Assembly (NCBI GenBank): GCA_965248265.1
Contig: CBDFJF010000002.1
Coordinates: 1,632,001-1,696,000, forward strand
Reading direction: 5' to 3'
DNA length: 64,000 nucleotides
Source of the DNA: Candidatus Latescibacterota bacterium
GTDB taxonomy: Bacteria; Latescibacterota; UBA2968; UBA8231
The position numbers and the translations under genes are program-made. Numbering within the stretch: position 1 is the stretch's first letter; each line of letters begins with the position of its first letter. Shown here piece by piece: positions 46,666 through 54,895 of this stretch. The notes beneath the pieces are model-generated. The model did not search any database. It worked only from the letters and a program-made list of their open reading frames with translations, and had not been told where the DNA came from.

Positions 46666-47753
46666 GACGCAGGGTCTCCGTTGTCTTCGTCCGCCCGCGG
46701 CTCTTCCTCTCGCCGGCATCCCAGCTTTCGAAGGACGGCGGCCATTTCAGCCGCCTGAGCATCCATCGCACGCAGGACGTTACGCTCGACCTCGGACGTG
46801 CTCGCTTTGAGGATCTTTGCAGTTACCTGGGTGCCGCCGATTTCTGACCTGCCGGCAACGGCATCTCTGAACGACTCCTCGAGGTTGCTTTCCAGGATCC
46901 TTATCGCGGCTGGTGTCGCTTCGTCAATCGAAGCAATACGGTAGGCGACATCCGATTGCAGTCGTTCCGGGAGCTCGGCGAGGATGGCTCCGGCCTGTGT
47001 GGGTTCGAGTTGGGACAGCAACAGAGCGATAGTCTGGGGGTGTTCGGACACGATCCCGGGTGCAATCTGAGCGGCCGGCACCTTATTGAGGATGGTGAAA
47101 CGCGGACGTGACAGGTCAGCCATCGGCTCTGTGACATGCCTGGCCATGCGCATGCCGCGCGCACGTCTTACGGTTTGGTACGCAAAGTCGACGCCGCCCG
47201 TACGGATCCACTCACGGGCCTCCAGCTGCTGCCCAAAGGTGGCCAGATGCTCCTTCTGCGCTTCAACGGAGACTTGCGGGGTGTCCGAAATCGCTTGCGA
47301 CAGCTCGCAGAGCTCCCCGTAGGGGAAGGTGTCCGGGCCGATGATCTCGGCGGTGACTTGGACGCCCAGCGAAACCAGGACCAGGGCTGCCCGGTGGAAA
47401 TCGGCTCTGCCGTCCTGCCCGTCTTCGAGGGCCATGCTGCGCAGCAGGTGGGCGGCCTCTTCCGGCTGTCGCCAGACCGCCTCGAACACGCTGTCCGCCA
47501 CAATCCAGGCGGGCGCCTGGCGGACCGGCACAGTGCCAGAGGGAGGCTCATCGGCGGTCGGGGCCGGCGCGCCCATCTCGGTGTGGGCCAATCTGGGTGG
47601 CGACTCCGGCAGGGGCGGCAAGCTGGAGAGGTTCTCAACCAAAGGGGGGCGCCACTCCGATACTTGCGGAGAGCCCCCACGTAAGCCGTCAACATCCCCG
47701 AATATCCTCACGTCGATACCATCGGCGGTCGCAGTGTTCATATCGTCCATCAC
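46662..47753 (-). CDS. fliG: FliG-like protein (N and middle domains, C-terminal torque domain absent)
   Basis: AALVLVSLG, GGVDFA, EHPQTIALLLS, VAYRIA, GG...TAKIL. Confidence 0.85.
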   Translation of the reverse strand: MMDDMNTATADGIDVRIFGDVDGLRGGSPQVSEWRPPLVENLSSLPPLPESPPRLAHTEMGAPAPTADEPPSGTVPVRQAPAWIVADSVFEAVWRQPEEAAHLLRSMALEDGQDGRADFHRAALVLVSLGVQVTAEIIGPDTFPYGELCELSQAISDTPQVSVEAQKEHLATFGQQLEAREWIRTGGVDFAYQTVRRARGMRMARHVTEPMADLSRPRFTILNKVPAAQIAPGIVSEHPQTIALLLSQLEPTQAGAILAELPERLQSDVAYRIASIDEATPAAIRILESNLEESFRDAVAGRSEIGGTQVTAKILKASTSEVERNVLRAMDAQAAEMAAVLRKLGCRREEEPRADEDNGDPAS

Positions 47754-48019
47754 TTGGGTGGGAAAAGCCGGGTGACGCGCAAGGTGAGCTGCTCCTCGCG
47801 GACATCGATGTCACCCTCGCCGCAAAGCTGGTCGTTGATGCGATAGGCGTACTGCTGTCCGGCGAGCATGTCCACGGCGATCACATCGCCAGCGTGCAAA
47901 GCCCGGGCTCGCTCGAGCGGCATCAAAGCGCGGCCGAGCTCGACGACGAGATCGACCTCGACATCCAGCAGATGGTTGAGGTTGGTGTGCTGAAGCGTTG
48001 AAATGGCGGTGTCAGTCAT
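47750..48019 (-). CDS. Divergent FliN/FliM-C (SPOA domain) protein
   Basis: LLDVEVDLVVELGR..L.AGDVI; overlaps both neighbouring genes. Confidence 0.8.
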   Translation of the reverse strand: MTDTAISTLQHTNLNHLLDVEVDLVVELGRALMPLERARALHAGDVIAVDMLAGQQYAYRINDQLCGEGDIDVREEQLTLRVTRLFPPK

Positions 48020-48312
48020 GAGACGATCTCAGTGAGCCGTACGCCGAAATTCTCATCGATTGTCACCACTTCACCGCGGGCGAACAGTTTGCCGTTGAGG
48101 CGGACATCGACCGGTTCGCCCATCATCGTATGGAGGCTCACGAGTGACTGCTCACCGATGTTGAGGGCCTCATCGAGGGTCATGCGATGGCGGCCGATCT
48201 CGACCGAGACCTCGACATCGACCTCGTCGATCCGCGAATCCTTGTGAACGCTCTTTGCGGATGGCCGGGTGTCCCCCTTCGGGGCTGCCTTTCTCTTCGT
48301 TTTCGTTGGCAT
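48016..48312 (-). CDS. fliN: FliN-like SPOA domain protein
   Basis: VSVEIGR, GEPVDVRLNGKLFARGEVV..ENFGVRLTEI. Confidence 0.88.
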   Translation of the reverse strand: MPTKTKRKAAPKGDTRPSAKSVHKDSRIDEVDVEVSVEIGRHRMTLDEALNIGEQSLVSLHTMMGEPVDVRLNGKLFARGEVVTIDENFGVRLTEIVS

Positions 48313-48329
48313 TTCTCACTCCTGTTGAT

Positions 48330-48770
48330 TCATGAGCTTGAGGCGTAACCGCTCGACCGACGGGTCCCGACAGGGAATAGATTAGGCCGGATCCGGATGC
48401 CGCCGTGCTCCCTGACATCGTCCTCGGCGGCCGGCCACTCCGTCTGCGCAATGTCCCGACGCATTTCGTCTACAGTCTGCCTCAGGATCTGCACCTCACT
48501 GGCGAGACCCTTGATCATGAGCGCCACATCTTCCAGCGTCAGCGACGGTGGATCCTGTCGCAGCTGCTGTTCGATGCTGGTCCACAGTTCCTCCCGCGCG
48601 GCACCGCTGCGCAGGGAGGTTGCTGCTTCCCATGTGACCTGATGCGACTCGTACTCCGTTCGGCAGCTCTCGCACTCACTCAGGTGAGTTTCGAGCTCGA
48701 CTCGTTCGTCATGGGACAGTTGGTCGTCGACGTAGGCTGACAGATTGCGTTCGCACGAATAGCAGTTCAT
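48330..48770 (-). CDS. Soluble zinc-binding (zf-HC2/ZAS) anti-sigma factor
   Basis: MNC...LSAYVD.QL...HLSECESC (HxxxCxxC); no TM segment; GAGG RBS. Confidence 0.85.
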   Translation of the reverse strand: MNCYSCERNLSAYVDDQLSHDERVELETHLSECESCRTEYESHQVTWEAATSLRSGAAREELWTSIEQQLRQDPPSLTLEDVALMIKGLASEVQILRQTVDEMRRDIAQTEWPAAEDDVREHGGIRIRPNLFPVGTRRSSGYASSS

Positions 48771-48783
48771 CTCTCTTACGACC

Positions 48784-49347
48784 TCATGCATCGAGATAGG
48801 GTTTGATAGCATCACGCACGCGTTTGCGCGCCCGGTGGATCCGGACTTTTACCGCGTCCTCGCTGCACGAGAGGATTTCGCCGATCTCCCGGTAGGCCAT
48901 TCCGAGCTGTGTGCCCAGAACGAAGACGAGGCGCATGTTTTCAGGCAGAGCCGCGATAGCGGCCTCGGCTTTCTTGGCCATTTCCTTTTGTATGAGCTGA
49001 TCTTCCGGGTTGGCCCCTCGCGCCATGGGGATGCTCTTCTCGGCGACCGTCTCGAGAGAAGAGAATGCAGGCCGCCGCTTGCGTGCCTCGGCCATGCAAC
49101 GGTTCGCTGCGATGCGGTAGAGCCAGGTCCCAAAAGCAGCCTCCGCGCGGAACGAGCCGATGCTCTTGAATGCCTGGATGAAGACCTCCTGGGTCAGGTC
49201 TTCGGCATCCTGATCGTTAGGTGCCATGTGGGTGCACAGTGAGTACACACGGTCCCGGTACAACTCGAAGACCCTGCGAAAGGCGCGGTTGTCTCCCTGC
49301 TGGCAGGCGGCGATGAGGGCGATGTCGGCGTCGTTTGACAAATCCAC
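48784..49347 (-). CDS. ECF RNA polymerase sigma factor
   Basis: DAEDLTQEVF, FGTWLYRIA.N, YREIGEIL..S...VKVRIHRAR. Confidence 0.93.
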   Translation of the reverse strand: MDLSNDADIALIAACQQGDNRAFRRVFELYRDRVYSLCTHMAPNDQDAEDLTQEVFIQAFKSIGSFRAEAAFGTWLYRIAANRCMAEARKRRPAFSSLETVAEKSIPMARGANPEDQLIQKEMAKKAEAAIAALPENMRLVFVLGTQLGMAYREIGEILSCSEDAVKVRIHRARKRVRDAIKPYLDA

Positions 49348-49376
49348 TGCTCAAGTCAGTCTGGCATTCACAGAGT

Positions 49377-49405
49377 TTAGACGCAGAAAATGGCTACAGG
49401 TAACA
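49377..49405 (-). promoter_or_regulatory. Putative ECF-type autoregulatory promoter
   Basis: TGTTAC-N16-CGTCTAA about 30 nt upstream of the sigma start. Confidence 0.6.
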
Positions 49406-49633
49406 GGAAAATATGGCAAATGTAAGAGGGGCCCCTATCGCTACGATCTCGTGGGAGATGGCTGGCAACTACGGATGCGCCAGCTCTCGGAAGCTGGCTA
49501 CGCTTTTCTCGGCGCTGAGTATTCTCATCACGATCATATCAGACTATCATTTGTACGGACCTCAGTGTCAATGCGATTCGCATGGTGCTGAGGGTAGGCC
49601 ACGCGTCCGTGGATAAGTGGAACGAGAGACTCG

Positions 49634-50461
49634 GTGAACGATCAAATGCCCCCGCGTTTTAGAATACCTGCCTCGGTGTGGATCCTGGTATTACTGACAC
49701 TTGGCACCGTGCCTGCCAAAGCGCAAGGTGATTCGGCGGATGTGGACTATGATCTATTCCTCGGCACCATGGTGGATGATCCGGACAGGGCCGGCTCAGC
49801 ACCGTATCACCTGTGGCAGGTAGTCAATGACTCCTCAATCCCAGTCCAGTTTTCAGCCGCGGTCGGGTCGGTCTGGTCAGATCTCAGTCAATTGGACGCA
49901 GATCCGGCCACGCCTATCAATCTGCGGTTGGGCCGAAAGAACCGACTCGAACTCGGCGGTCGGGTAGACGGGGCGCTCACGGCCGGCGATGTCACCGGGT
50001 TCACCGTGGGCATGAAGCATCAGATTCACCGCTACTTCGCCTGGGGAGTGAACGTGCAGAAGGAAGATCAAAACGAGCGGGTGGGAGAGAAAAGCAGCAG
50101 GGGTTACGGCGGATCTTTCGTGTTCATCGCGAATGAGAATCACTTCCTGGGAACACCCATAGGTATGAAGTACAAATTCGGGGTCGGGCTCGGTGACGCG
50201 ATCAGCGCACGCGGTGCCGCCCTGAGATTGGCGCTGGAAGGCCGCAGCGACGTATCTGAATCGACGGATATCATCGGTGGTCTCAACGGGCGCGCTGTCA
50301 GCAGGGACTTCACGGACAATCTTGGGGTAGACGGCTTGCTCGGGACAGAAACCAGGTTGAGTGGCCCTCTGGCTTTACGGATCCTGATCGGTTTCGGCCT
50401 TGCCGGTGACGCCAGCCAGGACAACGCGCGAGGCAGTCTGTTTTTGACCTACGAGCGATAG
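49634..50461 (+). CDS. Secreted hypothetical protein, probable outer-membrane beta-barrel
   Basis: Signal peptide (AKA/Q); alternating amphipathic strands; ends GSLFLTYER. Confidence 0.65.
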   Translation: MNDQMPPRFRIPASVWILVLLTLGTVPAKAQGDSADVDYDLFLGTMVDDPDRAGSAPYHLWQVVNDSSIPVQFSAAVGSVWSDLSQLDADPATPINLRLGRKNRLELGGRVDGALTAGDVTGFTVGMKHQIHRYFAWGVNVQKEDQNERVGEKSSRGYGGSFVFIANENHFLGTPIGMKYKFGVGLGDAISARGAALRLALEGRSDVSESTDIIGGLNGRAVSRDFTDNLGVDGLLGTETRLSGPLALRILIGFGLAGDASQDNARGSLFLTYER

Positions 50462-50469
50462 ATCGCTTC

Positions 50470-50575
50470 ACAGATTCTGGCCGCGCAAACTCATACACCG
50501 CCCTCAGTCCAATGGGCAACCATTCACCCATGATGAGCCCGAGGAAGAACGGACGGAGGGTACAGCCGGAGCCAG
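50470..50575 (-). pseudogene. Possible remnant of a DUF6784-like membrane protein C-terminus
   Basis: LRLY followed by LRPFFLGLIMGEW in adjacent frames. Confidence 0.3.
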
Positions 50576-50622
50576 CTTTCGCTCGGTCAGAGATGACTGC
50601 TACCTAGTGTTCACTTGTCGTG

Positions 50623-51087
50623 TCAGGACGAGGATTGGCTTTGCAGTAACTCGCCGATGCGCCGATTCGATGCGACCAGTTTCTGACGAAGACTCATCAT
50701 TACGTTGCGGTATAAACGAGTGGCTAACGAAGGGTCTTCCTGCATCAGTTTGAAGAAGGCGCGGCGGTTGATGCCCAGGACCGAGAGCGCTGTTTCGGCT
50801 ACGACCGTGGCCGATCGCGGCTCGCCCGTCAACATCCCAGCTTCGCCTACTGTGGTGATGGCCGATTCGCTCACAAGCGGCACATCGCGCTCAGTACGGA
50901 TTTCGACCGTTCCGGAAAGAAGAACAAACATCCGGTCGCTTTCAGCGCCGGCTCTGCAGAGGACGGTCCCCGGTTCATGGCTCTCTTGCTGGCAGATGCC
51001 GAGCAGTTGCTTTAGTTGACTCGGGGACAGGTCCGCGAATAGCGGCACCTTCTGCAAGGCCAGCAGCACAGCCGATTGCTTACCCAT
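50623..51087 (-). CDS. Stand-alone cyclic nucleotide-binding domain protein
   Basis: PLFADL, LLSGTV, GEAGMLTGEPRSATV; no HTH domain. Confidence 0.9.
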   Translation of the reverse strand: MGKQSAVLLALQKVPLFADLSPSQLKQLLGICQQESHEPGTVLCRAGAESDRMFVLLSGTVEIRTERDVPLVSESAITTVGEAGMLTGEPRSATVVAETALSVLGINRRAFFKLMQEDPSLATRLYRNVMMSLRQKLVASNRRIGELLQSQSSS

Positions 51088-51335
51088 TTTATCTACTCCA
51101 AAAAAATAGACCGAGGATTTTCATTGCCAGACGCTATGGATAGTGTCTCGTGATGATATTGATGCCGCTATACATTTCCAAGCGACATCCGGTCAGCTGC
51201 GGCTAAAAGTATAAACTATTCGCAAAAACGATAATGCGATGGTGACATTTCTTCCCGAATCGAGTGTTGCAGTATTATACGGATGCGTCCCGGACGGGCC
51301 GGGCGTATCTACTCATTACCCCAGGAGGTATCAAC

Positions 51336-51761
51336 GTGCGCAAATTATCTGTCCCTCTCGCCGTAGGCGCTGCCGTCCTTGCAGTTGCCTTCACAGGATG
51401 TGGTCAGGCCGGCATGTTTGCGGCCGCGAACCTGACTCAGGTCGAAATGTCTGAGCCCAACTTCAAAGTCGTGGCCACCGGTGTGTCCGGCGAGGCCGAG
51501 GCAGCGTATCTGATCGGCGTCAGTTTCTCCAATGGCCCACGGACCGGGTCGCTGTCGCTGCATCGCCTCAGTGGAACGGGCAAACTTTACAAGGAGGCGA
51601 TGGAGGACCTGTGGCAGGCATTCGAGGCGGAACACGGTGAGGTGGCGGGTCGGCGGTTAGCTCTTGCCAACGTGCGTTATGATGCTGCCACGCGAAACTT
51701 GCTGGTCTACAATGACGTCTCTTTGTCGATTCGGGCAGACGTGATCGAATTTACGGAGTGA
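51336..51761 (+). CDS. Small lipoprotein (DUF6567-like)
   Basis: AGGAGG RBS; lipobox FTGC; TQVEMSEPNFKVV...ADVIEFTE. Confidence 0.75.
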   Translation: MRKLSVPLAVGAAVLAVAFTGCGQAGMFAAANLTQVEMSEPNFKVVATGVSGEAEAAYLIGVSFSNGPRTGSLSLHRLSGTGKLYKEAMEDLWQAFEAEHGEVAGRRLALANVRYDAATRNLLVYNDVSLSIRADVIEFTE

Positions 51762-51772
51762 GCACGGCCAAT

Positions 51773-52471
51773 CTACCGGTCAATCCACAGAGCCCGGTTG
51801 ACCAGGCGTTCGTCATGGAAGTGGGTTCGTTGAGTTCGACCAGCGACTGTGAATCCCCAGGATCGCACCTCGTCCTCAACTGATGCTACAGGCCGAGTGT
51901 CGTCCGTTTCCTCATTGTATGAACCGATTATCAAACGTCCACCGGGTGCGACCACGTCCGTGAGCAGGCGCTGGATGTAGTCCCGTTGCCGCGAAGGCGG
52001 AACATACTCGAGCCCTGTGCGCACGAAGTCGAACAGCATCGGAGGCCGCCAATAGAGGGCATTGCCCACGTGAATGCGATCCGCCCAGTGCGGGAGCCGG
52101 CGTCGCGCCAGGTCTGCCAGTTCCGGGGCAATGTCGAGACCGTAGGGGTCGATGTCGACGCTCTTCTCCCGTAGCCACTGCTGCATGCACTCCATCAGGT
52201 GGCCACTGGCGCATCCTACATCAAGGAATGAACCGTCCGTGGAGATGGCGTCACCGATCAAGCTGCGTGCGTGTTTCCAGTGCGCCTCATCACCGCTGTG
52301 CCCGGACTGAGACCGGGGATTGTCGGCGGCCAAATAGGCCGGAGTGATGACGGACTGGCCTGCGAGAAACCAGCCCGCCTCATCGATTTCGCCTGCTTCG
52401 AGTGCGGCATTGCTACGCGCCAGCAATTCGTGGCCCCGGTTTTTTGCGTACTCGATTGATTCCAGTGGCAT
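51773..52471 (-). CDS. Class I SAM-dependent methyltransferase
   Basis: FLDVGCASG, GLDI, PGGRLIIG; AGGAGG RBS before ATG 52471. Confidence 0.87.
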   Translation of the reverse strand: MPLESIEYAKNRGHELLARSNAALEAGEIDEAGWFLAGQSVITPAYLAADNPRSQSGHSGDEAHWKHARSLIGDAISTDGSFLDVGCASGHLMECMQQWLREKSVDIDPYGLDIAPELADLARRRLPHWADRIHVGNALYWRPPMLFDFVRTGLEYVPPSRQRDYIQRLLTDVVAPGGRLIIGSYNEETDDTRPVASVEDEVRSWGFTVAGRTQRTHFHDERLVNRALWIDR

Positions 52472-52606
52472 CAATTCCTCCTGAGTGAAAGATGCGTTGG
52501 GAATGTAGCCAATGGCAAGCGCATCGCTCGACAATACGACGTCCAAGACATAGACTAACGGGACGGTGTTTTTCACGTTGGATCTTGCCCCGGGTTCGCT
52601 AACGTC

Positions 52607-54622
52607 ATGTCTCAATTCTATCTCGACGGTTTACCAACCGCGGGTCGTCCAGGTTTTCGCAGACTCCTGCTCTCCTTGTTGATTCCTTTCTCCGTGACCG
52701 TGACTGCCTTCGGACAGTCGGTTCCAGATCAGTATCTCGATGGAATCGTTCTCGATGAACCGCTGCCGTCGCAGTTTGTCACCGGCCAGACGTATTGGGT
52801 CAGGGGCAGCCTCGAGAATCAGGGGATTCCGGCCATGACGTTCGCCTTCGCTTCGGAACGAGGGGTCCTTGAGCACCGGATTGTCGTCGCCAATGGGCGT
52901 TTCGAGCACCCGCTGGTCTTCAAGCACGCTGATGCCGGCCAGCATGACTTCCGCATCACTTTCTTTCCCAGGGGACAGCAGTTCTTCACCTCGGAAATAT
53001 TCCGCGGGATCGAGATCGTCGAAGGGACAGGCGAGATTGATACGCCATCGGCCTATTACGACGGCTTCATGGACACTGCCTACTTCCGACCCAACGCGAT
53101 GCTCGTTGATGCTGTCGAGTATCCGCCCCTATTCGTCACGACTGGTGGAAGCGTGGAAAGCGTCCTGGTTCTGGTTCCGGACGGCCACGGTGGACGCCTG
53201 GAACGGGAGCTGTTGGACGACGGCATGGATGGGGATCTCCGGGCCGGAGACGGGATCTTCACGATGACGGGTGAGCCCCATCGTCCTCCGGACGTGGACA
53301 TAGGGCCGTTCGGCAGTATCACCCTTGTCGTCGTTTTTCAGGATGCAACAGGGACGGATTTTCAGTTTACTGCCGAATGCGGTCTGGTCGGCGGCGAATT
53401 ACCGATGGTCCAGAAACTGAGTGACGATGCCTATCGGACAGATCACGCGGTCAACCTCGTCGACGACGGAACCCTGTTCGTGTTGAGTCAGCCCTTTGTC
53501 GATCTTCGCGCGATCGCTACTCGTTTCTATGAATACTTCGACGACGACTACGATTTTCTCGCCGTCCGCTCGGCTCTCCCACTGAGCAACGGTGCGCACG
53601 GATTCAACCGCAGCGTTCGCAACGACGTCAGCGGCATCGGTGTCCCCCTGTTCGACGAAACCGCGGAATTCGGCAGCGACGGACGCCTGCAGAGCGCCAC
53701 CTTCATCAACTTTCGTCTGCTGGGGCCGTTGGTTCACGAGCTCGCTCACAACTGGGCAAACTTCCTCGTTCCCTTTGGTGGTCTGTTCTGGAATGGCCAC
53801 TGGGGGGTGTCCGATGTCCAGGGAGTACTGGGAGGCAACGCCACCTTCATCAGAGATCTGGGCAATGGGGAATACGCCGTCCCCAGCAACGCAGGATCAT
53901 CATCCTGGGGGGGCTTCTATTCGATGATCGAACTCTACCTGATGGGTCTGGTAGGGGCGGAGGAGGTGCCCCCACATCAGGTGCTGATCAATCCCAGCAT
54001 CGTTCGCTTCGACGACTTGCAGGGCCTTATCGTGGCCGCGGACCGACTGGATACCATCTCCATCGGAGAGGTCATCAACGCCCACGGCCAGCGGTCGCCC
54101 TCTCACGAGGATACGCCCAGGGAATACCGGATGGCGACGGTGGTTATTTCGGACCGTCCGCTCACACCCGTGGAACTGACCTACCACGACCGCCAGGCCG
54201 AGTGGTTCGGTTCGGACAACAACAGCATTCACGCCTTCGCCGCGGCAACGGGCTTTCGGGCGACCGTCGACACGCATCTGCCGCCGTCGATTACCGCTGT
54301 GCTCGACGATGGGTTCGCGACTGCAGCGGATGGGTTACCGGGAACGAGCCCCGAACTGGAGCAGAATTATCCCAATCCGTTCAACAGCAGCACCATATGG
54401 CGTTACAGGTTGAACTCGACAACCGTGGCGACGCTGGATATCTACGCGGCGAATGGACAACGGGTAAGGAGAATCCCTCAAGGTCGCAGGGCAGCCGGGT
54501 ACTACACAATCAACTGGGATGGGACCGACGACGACGGCCATTCGCTCGCGACCGGCGTCTACATAGCCCGCCTGGCAGCGGGTGATGTCGTGGTCAACCG
54601 GAAGCTGACACTGTTGCGCTAG
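52607..54622 (+). CDS. Secreted zincin-like metalloprotease with a choice-of-anchor-X-like motif and FlgD-Ig C-terminus
   Basis: HELAHNW...GHW, ELYLMG; LLDDG..GD..AGDGIFT; QNYPNPFN...WDGTDD...GVY. Confidence 0.8.
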   Translation: MSQFYLDGLPTAGRPGFRRLLLSLLIPFSVTVTAFGQSVPDQYLDGIVLDEPLPSQFVTGQTYWVRGSLENQGIPAMTFAFASERGVLEHRIVVANGRFEHPLVFKHADAGQHDFRITFFPRGQQFFTSEIFRGIEIVEGTGEIDTPSAYYDGFMDTAYFRPNAMLVDAVEYPPLFVTTGGSVESVLVLVPDGHGGRLERELLDDGMDGDLRAGDGIFTMTGEPHRPPDVDIGPFGSITLVVVFQDATGTDFQFTAECGLVGGELPMVQKLSDDAYRTDHAVNLVDDGTLFVLSQPFVDLRAIATRFYEYFDDDYDFLAVRSALPLSNGAHGFNRSVRNDVSGIGVPLFDETAEFGSDGRLQSATFINFRLLGPLVHELAHNWANFLVPFGGLFWNGHWGVSDVQGVLGGNATFIRDLGNGEYAVPSNAGSSSWGGFYSMIELYLMGLVGAEEVPPHQVLINPSIVRFDDLQGLIVAADRLDTISIGEVINAHGQRSPSHEDTPREYRMATVVISDRPLTPVELTYHDRQAEWFGSDNNSIHAFAAATGFRATVDTHLPPSITAVLDDGFATAADGLPGTSPELEQNYPNPFNSSTIWRYRLNSTTVATLDIYAANGQRVRRIPQGRRAAGYYTINWDGTDDDGHSLATGVYIARLAAGDVVVNRKLTLLR

Positions 54623-54702
54623 ATGCCAATCATCACTTGACGTCGTGCCACTGAGTTACCCGCTTCAAGCAAACGCCGGTGGAGACCCTCAAGCGCGTTC
54701 AA

Positions 54703-54891
54703 TCAGCCGTCGTATCGCTGGGGATGCTGGCGTAGTTCGCGCAGAAAATCGTCAACCATCTCCTCCAACCCAAAGGATGCTTTCCAGCCCCACTCTCCAA
54801 CTCCACGGCGCTGGATTTCTGAGCCGGTCCCGCCATCCAACAACAGGCACTCGTCCTTGTCAATGCGATCCATGACCTTGGTGGTGGGCAT
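54703..54891 (-). pseudogene. Chimeric deletion remnant: homocysteine S-methyltransferase 5' end joined to an epimerase/dehydrogenase 3' end
   Basis: LLLDGGTGSEIQRRGV is directly followed by EWGWKASFGLEEMVDDFL. Confidence 0.6.
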
Positions 54892-54895
54892 ATTG

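Noticed and set aside
45730-48312. Ordinary flagellar gene cluster or T3SS locus
   Set aside because: No MS-ring, export, stator, rod/hook or T3SS genes are adjacent, and gene order and domain content are non-canonical
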